Part shown: positions 42,301 to 53,429 of the stretch, piece after piece
Position numbering within the stretch: position 1 is the stretch's first letter
Layout of the letters: the number at the start of each line of letters is the position of its first letter
Source: Antedon mediterranea
Lineage: Eukaryota > Animalia > Echinodermata
Direction of reading: 5' to 3'
Assembly (NCBI RefSeq): GCF_964355755.1
Contig: NC_092676.1
Location: forward strand, 15,146,871-15,210,870
DNA: 64,000 bases
Translations under genes and position numbers: made by a program
The notes under the pieces: model-generated
Seen by the model: the letters and a program-made list of their open reading frames with translations, nothing else
Told to the model about the DNA's origin: nothing
Databases searched by the model: none

Positions 42301-44855
42301 CAAGTTAGGCATAACAAGCTTCAAATTTCAAGTACAAAAACCAATCACCTTCTCATTGAAGCATTTAAAAATTTGAAAGAAATTAAGGTGAGAATCAGTT
42401 GCAGGTCATATCACTAACAATGCACCCAGTTATATACATTCATGTCAAAAATCACCGATAGTAGTCAAGTGGCTGAATGTTAAAGGCAAGGTTGTTGCAA
42501 ACCACAGGCAAACAATTGGCACAAGTTCTCGTTGAAAATAGTTCTCGGCTAAAACTGAAGTCTAGTGTACACATCTTGCTTGTGTGGACTTTTGAGAGTA
42601 GGGGTTACCCAGTCTACTAATCTATCTCAGTCCCTGTTGCCTCGGTCCTTGTGGACAGACAAATGTACGTCATTTGCTGGCAACGCTACATGATAGGTCT
42701 CGAGAGTGATTAATAAACTTTTGGGGTGCCCTGTCTTCAGTTCAGTTATTTATGATTCTCATGTATTTTATTTTTGTACGAATAAATGAAATAACTAGAA
42801 AGACACTCCGACAGTGCATACCTCCGCCTACTGTAAAATTCTCCTACATAAGATTTCTCCGGTAAAAAAGATATATATATATATTTGTGTGTGTCTTAAT
42901 GCTGTTTCTGATTTAGGCTAATTTAAATACAAGCATGTGTATGCCAGTTTGGTGTAATGGTTATGTAACAAGCCTTTCAACAACAATAGCTTCAGTTGAC
43001 TAACAATAGAACAGCAACGCGAAAATCAAATGAGTGAATTTGAAAAGAAATAGGTTTTTTTAAAGTACTCGCATCAAAAAACGTGCACATTAAATAAAAT
43101 TAAGTTTTAAAATTACAAATCAGAAATTATAACTCTTGCTTCTTGTACAAAAATGAAGTTTTTTGGACAAGTAGTTTTCGAGAAAATGCAAATTACAGTT
43201 TACTTGTTACTTTAAGACTGCTCGCCGGCTTTTGAAAAATGTTGTCCTATCTTTTAACACTAGCAGGTCTGAAAAGTATACTAAAAAGTGGTCCAGAATT
43301 GGGACCGTGGTCCGAAATGGTCCCAAAATTTAATGGAATAGTCCTTGACCACATATCTATCTGTACATTCATTTTGGTAAAGACCTTGTAATTACTTTTT
43401 GAGTAATCCTGCTAACAGACAAACACACGCGATCGATTACATATACCTCCTTGGCGGAGGTAAAAAATGTAGTCCACTGCACTTTGTAGAAACACATGAA
43501 ATATGAATCTAGTAACTGTTATAAAATTGTTATTAATGTATAGCATCAACATTTAAATTTGAGTAATATAGTACGAGTTTCATGATTAATTACAACTAAC
43601 AACAAATGCAAGTTATTTGTTTGATGATTATTAGAAACATACTGTAATTCTATTTGATAGGATGGTGTTGACGGTGTCATTTTAGAGGAGGCTCTAAGGC
43701 ATTGTGCAAATATAGAGAGTATCAAACATAGCAGTGTAAGTCAATTTTGACCATTACAATATTGTGCATTCATCAGCCCTTTTCTCCAATTATAATCTTA
43801 ACCATAACTATCTAAAATAGTCATGAAAATAACATGACCAGATCATTTTGTAGTACAGTATATACTGTACATGATGATTCACCGCAATGTAGGACATAAT
43901 TATATTCTGCTACAACGATCAGTTTTATTTCCTGCTTTGCTATGCGAGTTCTAAAATCTTAATGTCCGATGTAGAGTCAAATGTATCAGGTTTGTTATTG
44001 TTTTATTTGTTGCTTGGTCGAAACCCTTTCATTCTTAAAGCAGTTGTTTAGTCCAATTACTAGTCTAATGTGAAAGAAACAATTATCATAATGTTGACAC
44101 TCTGAACATCTACCAAAACAAATTGTATATATTTACAGGTGACGGACTCCACATCAGTACTATCACTAAAAACAGTCAAAGATTCTGGGAAAACTGACAC
44201 TCCACATGCATTTAAAAGTGGTGACCATTTGCCTTCTGTGTCAAATGTACGTAAATATATTGATGCTGGATCTGTTGTTAAGTGCACAATTAACACCATT
44301 GACATAGGGAAAACAGCGTCAAATACAGCCAATGATGACAGCAGCAAGTCAAGAGGAGCCACCTCATTTGCTGATCAATTCAAAAATTTTGCTTCGTCAT
44401 TTAAAGCAAATAAATTTCAGCAAGAAGCTTCAAATACTAAACCAATAAAAAGATTATTGAAACCATTTATGCAACTAGAAGAACCAGCTGAAAAACTGAT
44501 GAGACCCAGTCAAGAACAAACCCTTAAGCAGACACCAACATGTTTGTCAGACACTCTAAACAGGTTTCCTGCATTATATGGCTCTGCAAGTAAAGTACTC
44601 AGTTCATCTTCACTTTTAACCAAGACAGATTCTACTAATATAACCCACTCTAAATCACCACCTAAAAATACGCTTGCGTCTGGACTGACAATTCCATTGC
44701 ATCGTATTGCTGTTGGTGATATGACAACATTCAGATCTAGTGATCAAGTTAAAATAACCAGTCAAGGCACATCTGGAATCCATGCAAGAATTCTGCCTAT
44801 TATGTCCGATGAAGAGAAACAAAAGCTAAGAGATTCTCTCTCAAAAATGGAATAG
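332..44855 (+). CDS. CABIN1: Calcineurin-binding protein cabin-1 (HIRA/HUCA complex subunit), 5'-partial, 37 exons in window, ~2633 aa
   Basis: GT-AG exons traced with consistent phase: 332-472, 597-777, 1023-1076, 1295-1370, 2546-2594, 10934-11028, 13919-13982, 14595-14640, 15888-16079, 17546-17682, 18081-18160, 18749-18846, 21291-21435, 21741-21818, 22234-22353, 24683-24822, 28886-28956, 29072-29174, 29402-29625, 29744-29868, 30403-30573, 30818-30934, 31994-32201, 32381-32622, 32958-33020, 33288-33399, 33878-34039, 34479-34685, 35265-35354, 36263-36417, 36987-37153, 37668-40348, 41084-41235, 41643-41771, 42153-42387, 43661-43735, 44139-44855 (sum 7902 nt, divisible by 3). Peptides recognised as Cabin1-like: [118 protein letters not shown]. 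Start codon lies upstream of the window. Confidence 0.95.
5965..6430 (+). mobile_element. Decayed RTE-type LINE reverse-transcriptase fragment
   Basis: Broken frames give [34 protein letters not shown] and LRKFGCP-like motifs. Confidence 0.6.
8064..8620 (-). mobile_element. Probable LINE (L2/CR1-group) 3' end
   Basis: On the minus strand: hairpin ggaccccac...gtggggtacc, then AATAAA and a (TTGA)n tail. The coding remnant is decayed. Confidence 0.4.
11039..13685. mobile_element. Non-autonomous PIF/Harbinger-type TIR element enclosing a BEL/Pao fragment
   Basis: TIRs taccccttgtacaccgcc (11039) and ggcggtgtaaaaggggta (ends 13685), 1 mismatch in 18 nt. TTA target-site duplication at 11036-11038 and 13686-13688. 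Confidence 0.75.
11166..13460 (-). mobile_element. Degenerate BEL/Pao LTR-retrotransposon fragment (gag, protease, start of RT)
   Basis: Frameshifted ORFs: [14 protein letters not shown] (gag), [13 protein letters not shown] and [28 protein letters not shown] (BEL zinc knuckles), [18 protein letters not shown] (protease), [21 protein letters not shown] (pre-RT). Confidence 0.85.
16891..17158. repeat. 54-bp minisatellite, ~5 copies (intronic)
   Basis: Unit attgagttgtagcagaagcaggtattaatggtcagagcttgtagatgttaggta. Confidence 0.95.
19436..21289. repeat. 23-bp minisatellite, ~80 copies, ending at a CABIN1 splice acceptor
   Basis: Unit ttgtctacctatctt(c/t)aaaacc(c/t). The last partial unit reads ttgtctAG|exon 21291. 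Confidence 0.97.
22646..22746 (+). mobile_element. Short Helentron/DINE-like non-autonomous element
   Basis: Subterminal inverted repeat agttgcgtg / cacgcaact, 5' palindrome gttgcgtgcaacgcgac, 3' stem-loop gccatgtatatggc followed by ttgtt. Related to 58862-58975. Confidence 0.5.
24079..24430. repeat. 25-bp minisatellite, ~14 copies (intronic)
   Basis: Unit gctatggggta(c/t)aatgcagaaatag. Confidence 0.95.
24811..28553. repeat. 75-bp minisatellite, ~50 copies, unit includes a CABIN1 exon end and splice donor
   Basis: Unit atgctattagag|gttggtaataataattatacatatccaatgtaaaggaagtaattaagttcagaatgtcttggc, with three 72-bp variants. Confidence 0.97.
31163..31886. mobile_element. MITE with long (~120 bp) terminal inverted repeats, superfamily unassigned
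   Basis: atagagagaaaaagt..ccgactgtgctgggtacaaacaaagtttggtcggccatctt..ttcgtacatccc is mirrored by gggatgtacgaa..aagatggccgaccgaactttgtttgtacccagcgcagtcgg..actttttctccctat. No clear TSD. Confidence 0.8.
33517..33624. mobile_element. ~108-bp Harbinger/Tourist-like MITE
   Basis: TIRs agctctgtttacac / gtgtagacagaact, flanked by TAA on both sides. Confidence 0.7.
35763..36181. mobile_element. Possible pogo/Tc1-mariner-type MITE remnant
   Basis: tactgta...tacggta ends with internal repeated aataaac(g/a)c motifs. The element is degenerate. Confidence 0.35.
37200..37420 (-). mobile_element. RTE-type LINE C-terminal fragment (intronic)
   Basis: [45 protein letters not shown], typical of the post-RT region of RTE ORFs. 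Confidence 0.7.
39172..40178 (+). repeat. Coding 27-bp (9-aa, [10 protein letters not shown]) tandem repeat inside a CABIN1 exon
   Basis: Roughly 35 in-frame units of gacagcaatgctgatagtaagccagta and variants. Confidence 0.95.
40645..41045. repeat. 33-bp minisatellite, ~12 copies (intronic)
   Basis: Unit tattttctgttgtatttgtagtatatgcatgcg. It ends ~40 nt before the acceptor at 41083. Confidence 0.95.
42793..43463 (-). mobile_element. Helentron/DINE-like non-autonomous element
   Basis: Minus strand: T-run, subTIR tacctccgcc with palindrome cctccgccaaggagg, GT-rich microsatellite, 3' subTIR ggcggaggta, stem-loop cactgtcggagtg, end ctagtt. A decayed relative starts near 5513. Confidence 0.6.
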
Positions 44856-45371
44856 GAATTCCTTTATTTGTAAAGTGGACAATAATACCAGGAACTATTA
44901 TTTATTTTCTGCAAATAATGTAGTTAATAGGATTATTTAATAGAATTAAAAGGAATAAGAATTTAGTTATAAAAGTACATTCTTTTAGTTTCTATTTTTA
45001 ACCAATCTTAGATATACATTAGAAATATTAATGAAAGCTCATCGTATTTATGATAATCCCTTGTTGGATTATGTGGACATTTAATACCCATACAAGGTTA
45101 CTTTATCTTACTAAATTTTGTTTAAATACTATTAATAAATTATGCATACAATTGGATAATTAAACCTAATTACCCCTTCCTGGGCACAAACACACTATGA
45201 TGGATGTTGACCATGCCTATATTTAACCCTAGAAAAAAAAAAGGATATCACAACAATGAAAAAACATGTCATATTTGATCACAGATTAGATACTTTATTA
45301 GATAAATATGCAAAATATAAAAAGAACAGGGTAGAAAGTTTTATCCTTTTAGATAAATAAACTACAGTTGA

Positions 45372-48300
45372 TCATGTTGGTTCCTCTTCGTCTGAATCAA
45401 ATTCAACATCTTCATTTTTAACCCATTTCCCTCCTCTGTCTCTTTTCCATCCAGAGCTAAAAAAGAATAAATATTTTGTATTGTTTATATACTTTTAATT
45501 AGAATGTTGCATTGATAATTACGTACAACAAAATTACAATGTAAGTAAACTAGGGTTCTCTTAAATACCCAGCACTACTAATTATAACCAAGCCCTACAA
45601 GTACAAAGTGTAAATTGCATTTTCATCAATAAAATTATACTTTTAGATCGATTTTGTCAACATTCATATTGCCGTCATGTCAACGCAAACATACTACTGT
45701 ATTATTACTATGCATTATTGACGCATTGTACACTCGATCGATTATTTAATATTTTTTCAGTAAGCCAAAATAGCTATCGTATTTTGTATAATTTACACTT
45801 GATACTGGTAGGGCTTGGTTATTCTTGGTAGGGTTTGGTATTTAGGAGTAAAGAACAAAGGCTGGATTAAAAAAAAATCATAAAACCTTGTAAGCTGCAA
45901 TATTCGTTTAATTTCTTTCTTCTTATTTGTTATATCAGTTTTAAATTGTTCATGCATTTCCAATTGATTATTCTGCATCTTTGCTTGTTGTGAACTTTGT
46001 TCCTTTCCTTTTGACATGTGTACAATATTAAAAGCTGAATTTGCATCTTTAGAGTTTGTAGAGACTGGTATTTGTGGAGTAACCTCAATTTTAATTTGCT
46101 GATTGTCCTGTTTGTTGCCCTGTGTTTTTGGAACTGGTCCATACACATGTGTATTTAAGTGATTGTTCTGTTTGTTGCCCTGTGTTTTTGGAACTGGTCC
46201 ATACACATGTGTATTTAAGTGATTGTTCTGTTTGTTGCCCTGTGTTTTTGGAACTGGTCCATACACATGTGTATTTAAGTGATTGTTCTGTTTGTTGCCC
46301 TGTGTTTTTGGAACTGGTCCATACACATGTGTATTTAAGTGATTGTCCTGTTTGTTGCCCTGTGTTATTGGAACTGGTTCATACACATGTGTATCATGAA
46401 CTGATAAAGCTTTACGTTTTGATTTTGAAATGTAAGGCACGAGTTTTGTTAGTGGTTGCAATTCAGTGGTAGTATTATTTGTTGTAACATGGCACTTCCA
46501 TCTTGCTTTGTCAATTTCAATTTGAGTTGACATGTTAGAAGTACATTGTTCTGTGGTGGCTGGTTCTTTCACCAGCTTACTATGAGTTGATGTAAAGAAT
46601 ATGCCATTGTGTGATTTATGCTGCCCATCATCACTGCTGAAATGAACAATTATAAAAAAAATCACAATTTAGCAGCAGAAAAATGAAATTCAGTGCATTT
46701 AATGATTACAAAAAATAACTTGATGAGTTAAGTTATCCACACAACAAATGCCATGTACACGTCATATGATTAAAAGATTATGCCATTAATTATGACCTGA
46801 AGAAAATATTTATTGTTAGTACTGAATTCTGTCTATTTTGTATCATAGTATATACAGTATACATACTACATACAGTTTAGCATCCTGAGGAGCTATGATA
46901 AATTTAAAATAGGCATATTTTTCATAAATTTGCATTAAATTAGCCAATTTTTAAGTGCATGTTTTTTAAAGTTCAACGTGCATGTACATCATTATTTTGA
47001 AAATAAAATTATAAATTAATTATGAATAAAATTTATCACAGAAGGTATACGAAACAAAAGGTAAATGCAAATTAGAGAATTAGTAGACTTTTAAGCAACT
47101 CAACAGAAAGGAACTAGTTTCCCTTTAGAGCACTCATATAGACTTTTAAGCAACTCAACAGAAAGCAACTAGTTTCCCTTTAGAGCACTCGTGTAGACTT
47201 TTAAGCAACTCAACAGAAAGCAACTAGTTGCCCTTTAGAGCACTCATGTAGACTTTTAAGCAACTCAACAGAAAGGAACTAGTTTCCCTTTAGAGCATGC
47301 ATGTAGACTTTTATGCAACTCAACAGAAAGGAACTAGTTGCCCTTTAGAGCACTCATGTAGACTTTTAGGCAACTCAGCAGAAAGGAACTAGTTTCCCTT
47401 TAGAGCATGCATGTAGACTTTTAGGCAACTCAACAGAAAGGAACTAGTTTCCCTTTAAAGCACTCATGTAGACTTTAAGCAACTCAACAGAAAGGAACTA
47501 GTTGCCCTTTAGAGCACTCATGTAGACTTTTAGGCAACTCAGCAGAAAGGAACTAGTTTCCCTTTAGAGCATGCATGTAGACTTTTAGGCAACTCAACAG
47601 AAAGGAACTAGTTTCCCTTTAAAGCACTCATGTAGACTTTAAGCAACTCAACAGAAAGGAACTAGTTGCCCTTTAGAGCACTCATGTAGACTTTAAGGCA
47701 ACTCAACAGAAAGGAACTAGTTTCCCTTTAGAGCACTCATGTAGACTTTAAGACAACTCAACAGAAAGGAACTAGTTGCCCTTTAGAGCACTCGTGTAGA
47801 CTTTAAGGCAACTCAACAGAAAGGAACTAGTTTCCCTTTAGAGCACTCATGCCAGCTTTTCAGCAACTCAACAGAACTCAATTGAGCTTTATTGTAAGTT
47901 TTGGTCAAATTTTAACAACATAGTTGAGTTGAATTCCATGTTGTCGTAAGCCCATTACTGTTTCAGCCTGATCAGCAGATATGTTTACACTTACATGGTT
48001 GATTTGTCTGGGTCTTTTGGTCTGCCCCATTTCACACAGCTATTATATGGCTGTGCCTTCAACAGTAAATTCCTTGTCTTTTCATTTGTTTTGGTTATCA
48101 GTGGTGAAGGTTCCTCCTAAACATTGTAAAGGTAAGCTGCATTATGTTATGGTAAATTGTTTTATATTATGGTTGAAACATTTAAAAACACGAGTTACGC
48201 AGGACAACCCACTTCTATTTTAAATTGAATATCAAAGGTGATCAAAAAGGTGACGCTTATGTTGACGGGGTAGTTAAAACAGTGCATCCTAGGTTATTTT

Positions 48301-51300
48301 TGCCTATGCATTGACCTTGTTATCATTATGTTGCGAGCCATAATATAATATATAAACATGTGGAGGTGTCCCTACTAGTCGCTGAAAAACTTTATTTCAG
48401 AAAATTAATAATACAATACAAATAATAGGCAAAAACAACATGAAGAATGCGGCATCATTAACTAAACATGGATGGCCTACTTCGAATGAGAAGTGGATAA
48501 ATTAAAAAGTTTACTTTAGTGCATACCTGCTCATTACTATTTCTCTCTTCCTTTTTTAAGTAATTTTCATGATGTTTTTTTTCCACTAAATGCATGTAGT
48601 CGCGCTTCTTTTTGTAATGTGCTTCTAAACCTGATGTTAAATATATAGATAGATTAAATTACATCAATTAGACAAAAGTAGCAAATACACAAATAATATA
48701 ATTGTGAATAAACAATACACTACACAGTATAGAATTTTATATACAGACTTTAACAAAAGGCCTAGTCTCCCATAACAAAATAAATTAGTAGATTTAAGTA
48801 ACTAGACGTCACGTTGTCTAGTTTTTTTTCTCTTTTGTGCAGAATCACCACTTCTTCAATTCACATTAATATCATCTTTCATGTCATCACCATAAAATCA
48901 TCATATTATTTTCATTTTCACATTTTTTAAAATTGTTAATGTCATTACAATTTGATCAACTTCATCAGTAACATTTCTAAATTTTGTAAATTCACTTTAT
49001 ATCCCATATTACCTAAATTTAATTGCTGAATTGATTTTCTTTCTGTTTTTTCCAGAATTCGTTTTTACAGATTGGAGAAAACCTGGTATTTTCTCTGAAA
49101 AGTTACAATTCTTCCATTTGTTTTGACCTTCACTATCAATCGAAGGTGGGAATTGCATCACAGAAGAAAAACGAAAATATCAATCAGCGAACTTTAGTCG
49201 AGTTCGAACTTCGACTTCAAAAAGTACTAGTTTCAGCTATTCAAATTTGATTCATAAAAGAAGTAGTTGAAATTTGCAGTTTGACTAATAATAAAGTTGG
49301 GATTTTGGTCAAGTTTCACATATGTCTGGATAATAAGGGATTTTAATTTGCCAATGATAAGAGAGTATTTGAGGAGCAGACGAAATTTTGCATATTAATA
49401 GATCTTTTTTCGCACCAGGACTATATACATGAAAACAAATTTTAATTGTTTATTATTGGAACAAGATCAGTATTATTTTAAAAGTGAAGTACTTTTGATT
49501 AACAAACAAAAATGTGCGTAGGAACCATAGCGGTAACAGTAACTTTCATATTGTCTAGGCCTCCAACATATATGATCACGACGAACCACATACTTCATAG
49601 CGTGACCAGAAAGCGGTAGGCCCCCTAAACATTCCATCGCATGCTGAATTTCCGCATCTCCCATTGTCGCTATGACGTGACGTAGTTCAAGTCGGACTTG
49701 CGCAAAGAAAATAATGTGATTTGTATACGGTTGTAAATAAACATGATTTGCATAATATCATATACCAATGTATATAAGCTATATAAAAATAGATATTTCA
49801 TTTTTCAATATCTGGGCAATATAGCAAATTCAATAACTTTTACATTTTTTATAAATCTCGTTTAGAAACCATTTAGTCGACGATTTAGCCTGCCCCCTCG
49901 AGGACTAACAAAATCGATTAAAATCCATCTCGATTTAGTCGAGGTTGGCCTGATTTAGTCGCCGATTTATAAGTTCGGTTTATGAATTAAAATGACATCA
50001 TTTTTAAAGTTTTAGCTCGAACTAAGACTAAAGTCAGGTTTAAGAATACGGGCGTAAGTAAGTAAGTAGACTTACATTTCTGATGCTTTTTTCCCCGACG
50101 ATGAATTGTAAGCATGTCAAGAGTATCAAAAACAGGTCTATAGTGACACACAGTGCAGGCGTACCTAAAGAAAACAATAGTACTGTAATTGGTCTATAAT
50201 GACACACAGTGCAGGCGTACCTAAAGAGAACAATAGTACTGTAATTGGTCTATAATGACACACAGTGCAGGCGTACCTAAAGAGAACAATAGTACTGTAC
50301 TTGTTGCTGTAGCCATGAGCCACTGAAATTCTGTAGCCTACTTATTTCTTAGTTTTAATATGTAAGCTTTCCATTTTGGTGGGTTATTTTTCAAAGCCAT
50401 GATGTTGCAGAAAAGGGGTGGGGGAAGAGGGAAGGTTTAAACTTAATTAGTGAAAAGATGCATTACCGGTACCGTATATATTTTGAGAATATTTGCCTTC
50501 AATTTCGTACTGTATACATATGATATGTGGTATGATATGATGAAGATATAATTTGTTGTTACTACAACTACAACAAGGGCACAATAACATATTGAGGAAT
50601 GATGTCACTGCAAAATTGAGTTCTAATCTCAGGCATTAAATGTATAATTTGTTGCATGTTTTGAAAAAGGCAAAGTAAATCAAAACAACCACCTTCCATT
50701 GCTCATTAGAAAGGCTTCGTCATCTGGAATGTGATGGGCAAACAGCTCTGCTACTCTTCGTTTCTGGATTTAAAAAAATTAAATCATTGAACATTGTAGA
50801 GTTACATGTTGTATTTACTACCACAACAAAGATCAGATATAGTCGGATTACTGTATGTAGTTATTTATATCACATTAACAGTGCTCACAATATAATGTTG
50901 TATGCGCTATTAAAGACAGAGCTTTATGGGCCGTGTATTGACCTTTTTTATTTACTTTCATTTCAATTTACAAGCCTAACATGTACACTGCGCAGGGTAG
51001 GTAATTAAATGTAGACTACATTTAATTTTAACCTGGATCAGTATTTTTCACTTTTTATAATTTTTTATAACCCTGGCAGAGGTCCCAACTCTCTGATTGC
51101 TTTTGTTAAAAAAGTTAAATGATGATGGTGGTTTGTGGTGAGGCTCCCACTTGAGGGCATAGTTCATGGACTATACCATTTGTGGAGAGGGGTGTTCAAT
51201 GAAAATTTCTACTTTTCGAGGTATATCTCGCTCTTCGAGGAGAAAGGCTATTGTCGGTTTATTCAGGTAAGCTAGGCACGAAATAGACTGTGCAATTCAA

Positions 51301-52593
51301 ATTGATGCAAGAAAATCCCTATTTATATGTACTGTAAAGTAATTAATATATTTTTGTAAAGGTTATATGCAGAGGTCTCAAGTTCCACAAAATTTGCGGG
51401 TTTTTCCAATTTTCAATGCAGATCCCCGACTTCCCGAAAATTGGTTATTTCCTCCAAAAATCTGGACGAATTAGGCCTAGGCTTCACAATTAACACTCCT
51501 GGCACTGTTCATAATGACGCCCAGTATTTAAACAAAAGCATTTCTTAGGCCTTTGTTCACGAATTAACAGCCATCTATCAACTGCCAAGCCAAGCACATG
51601 TGACATTTATTGTTTGTTGCATTGATAATACAGTATTCTTCATATTTAGATTGTTTTAACATAATGGGCCTTTGATAATAGAAATGGGTTTAATATTTAT
51701 TTTAGTACACTTGTGCCTCTGATTTAAAAGAGATACAATAAAAGTTCAGTTCAGTTCACATACGGAATAATGGAATGTGTGCGAATATAAATGTGTTGTT
51801 TGGTGATAAGAAAAGAAAGGTTGTTTTTTTTTTTCATAATTTATTTAATCAATGTACTATATGGTTTTGAAATATTATTTAAGCTTAATTAAATATTTTC
51901 CACTAAGTTTGCTCGGACTGTACTACTATAAGTTTAATGACCATGTACGCTTTCTAATGCAATTTGGATTTTGGGGATGTAAATTGTTGGATACTGTATT
52001 CGTTCACACATATATTTAATTTAATATTTCTTTATATTAAGGCTGTGATAACCTTTGTTTTGCAGTCAACAATTTCATGTTAAAAAGATTATAAGAAAAA
52101 AGAAAAAAAAAAGAAAAACACAAATGATAACGATCTGCTGTTGTTAATACTAATTGTTCTCATATTAAATGCACTTTGGGCGTGCCATAGATAGGGGCCT
52201 ACTCTCGTTTGGTTTCAGTTTTTGTTGCTAAATTCATCGTTTTCAACATAAATTCGGACGATTTTTGCCATAAAAGTTGATTTTTCATAATTAATAAACA
52301 ATTATCTACTCTCGTTTGGTAGGTATTTGCAACATTTTGAGTCCGCTAGTACTACAGTAGTTAGGCCTCTAGTCTATAACTCTAGGCCTATACCTCTAGG
52401 GCCTAGACCGTGCCCATATAGGCGGCGGCGAGGAGGCCTGTCACGTCTGTAGGACTGCAGCCTAGCTGGCTAGCCTAGTAAATGAACAATTACAATAAAA
52501 TAGTAGACCTAACCTAGTCAAGGCCTAGTATTTTTCGGATACCTTAAGAACATTTAGCTGACTATAATCATCACCATCACGTTTAAATGACAT
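45372..52593 (-). CDS. SCNM1: Sodium channel modifier 1 (zinc-finger splicing factor, minor spliceosome component), 7 coding exons, ~423 aa
   Basis: Minus-strand exons 52543-52593 (MSFKRDGDDYSQLNVLK), 50693-50763 (KRRVAELFAHHIPDDEAFLMSNGR), 50076-50164 (YACTVCHYRPVFDTLDMLTIHRRGKKHQK, C2H2 finger), 48527-48630, 47995-48116 (PLITKT..AQPYNSC), 45887-46636, 45372-45456 (SGWKRDRGGKWVKNEDVEFDSDEEEPT*). Phases are consistent (1272 nt). The N- and C-terminal motifs match SCNM1 as I recall it. Confidence 0.93.
46100..46395 (-). repeat. Coding 60-bp (20-aa) tandem repeat, ~5 copies, in SCNM1 exon 6
   Basis: THVYGPVPKTQGNKQNNHLN repeated in frame. Confidence 0.93.
47084..47875. repeat. 55-bp minisatellite, ~14 copies (SCNM1 intron 5)
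   Basis: Unit tagacttttaagcaactcaacagaaaggaactagtttccctttagagcactcatg, with an internal imperfect palindrome. Confidence 0.95.
50135..50299. repeat. 56-bp triplication spanning the SCNM1 exon 3 splice acceptor
   Basis: Units start at 50135, 50191 and 50247: ggtctata(g/a)tgacacacagtgcaggcgtacctaaag(a/g variants)aacaatagtactgta. Confidence 0.95.
51712..51758 (+). mobile_element. Isolated 3' tail of the same LINE family (SCNM1 intron 1)
   Basis: tgtgcctctgatttaaaagagatacaataaaagttcagttca is the exact reverse complement of 53430-53471. Confidence 0.75.
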
Positions 52594-53271
52594 TTTTACC
52601 TCGGATGAAACATGACCCGTTTACGACGTTGGATGGATGATTGTGACGACAGACGATCGTTGGCTAAAGTAGACGATCGATCGGGCTTATTCATTCAAAG
52701 ACGATCGGCACAACTGTGTTAAATGCGCATTATTGACCGAATCAATTTTCAACTCGACATTGCGTACGAGCACGTCAAAAGAGTGACAGGCTACGCACGA
52801 CGTGTAAGTTAAGTTATTAAAATGGTGAAAATATGCTAAATTTTAAAATTAATATAGATCGTCAGAATGCTCGGGAACACCTATTTTGCATTTCATTGTC
52901 AAAGTGTATGTACCGGTATAATATGTATGATTTATTATGAAATTAAGAGAACAAAAGTTGATTAAGTCATCATTAATTGTGCATAGGCCTATTCAATAAA
53001 AAAAAATTAATTTCGACAATCAAACGAACTATGACATTTTCTTGGGCCGAAATAACAAACTTAAATTAACTTTATTCTTTAAAATGTTCATATATTAAAG
53101 TTAGTAAAAGTATATACTTTGACAGTGCGTCATTTTTTTAAATCTTTAAAGATGTCATCATAGTAAAAAATTATAATTCATTGCGGTATGCAATAATCTA
53201 CTGTATCTGCACCAAAGTGGTTACCGTACTGCATAACACGGAGGAATCTTTCTTCAACTTTTAGTCAGTTG

Positions 53272-53345
53272 TGTATGGCTCGCTGGTCTGAGCTCGTATC
53301 TATCAGCACTCACGGTACCGAGATCGAGTCTCACCTTGGGAAAGG
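53272..53345 (+). mobile_element. Possible tRNA-derived SINE head
   Basis: A-box-like tggctcgctgg and B-box-like gatcgagtc at tRNA-like spacing. No full cloverleaf. Confidence 0.3.
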
Positions 53346-53429
53346 AAATAAGATTTTTTTTTTATCCGTACTATCTTAGTGTATATATTATATACATGAT
53401 CTATAATGAAATTTAGATAAAAAGTAACT

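Noticed and set aside
42450-42790. Possible SINE remnant (also near 7005-7100)
   Set aside because: Only weak A/B-box resemblance, and boundaries cannot be supported without a repeat library.
47084-47875. Palindrome-containing repeat array resembling CRISPR
   Set aside because: Units are contiguous with no unique spacers, there are no cas genes, and the context is a eukaryotic intron.
52535-52542. SCNM1 intron 1 donor GTATCCGA resembling a U12-type site
   Set aside because: It lacks the TT of GTATCCTT and there is no TCCTTAAC-like branch site before the acceptor at 50764, so it is best read as a U2 intron.
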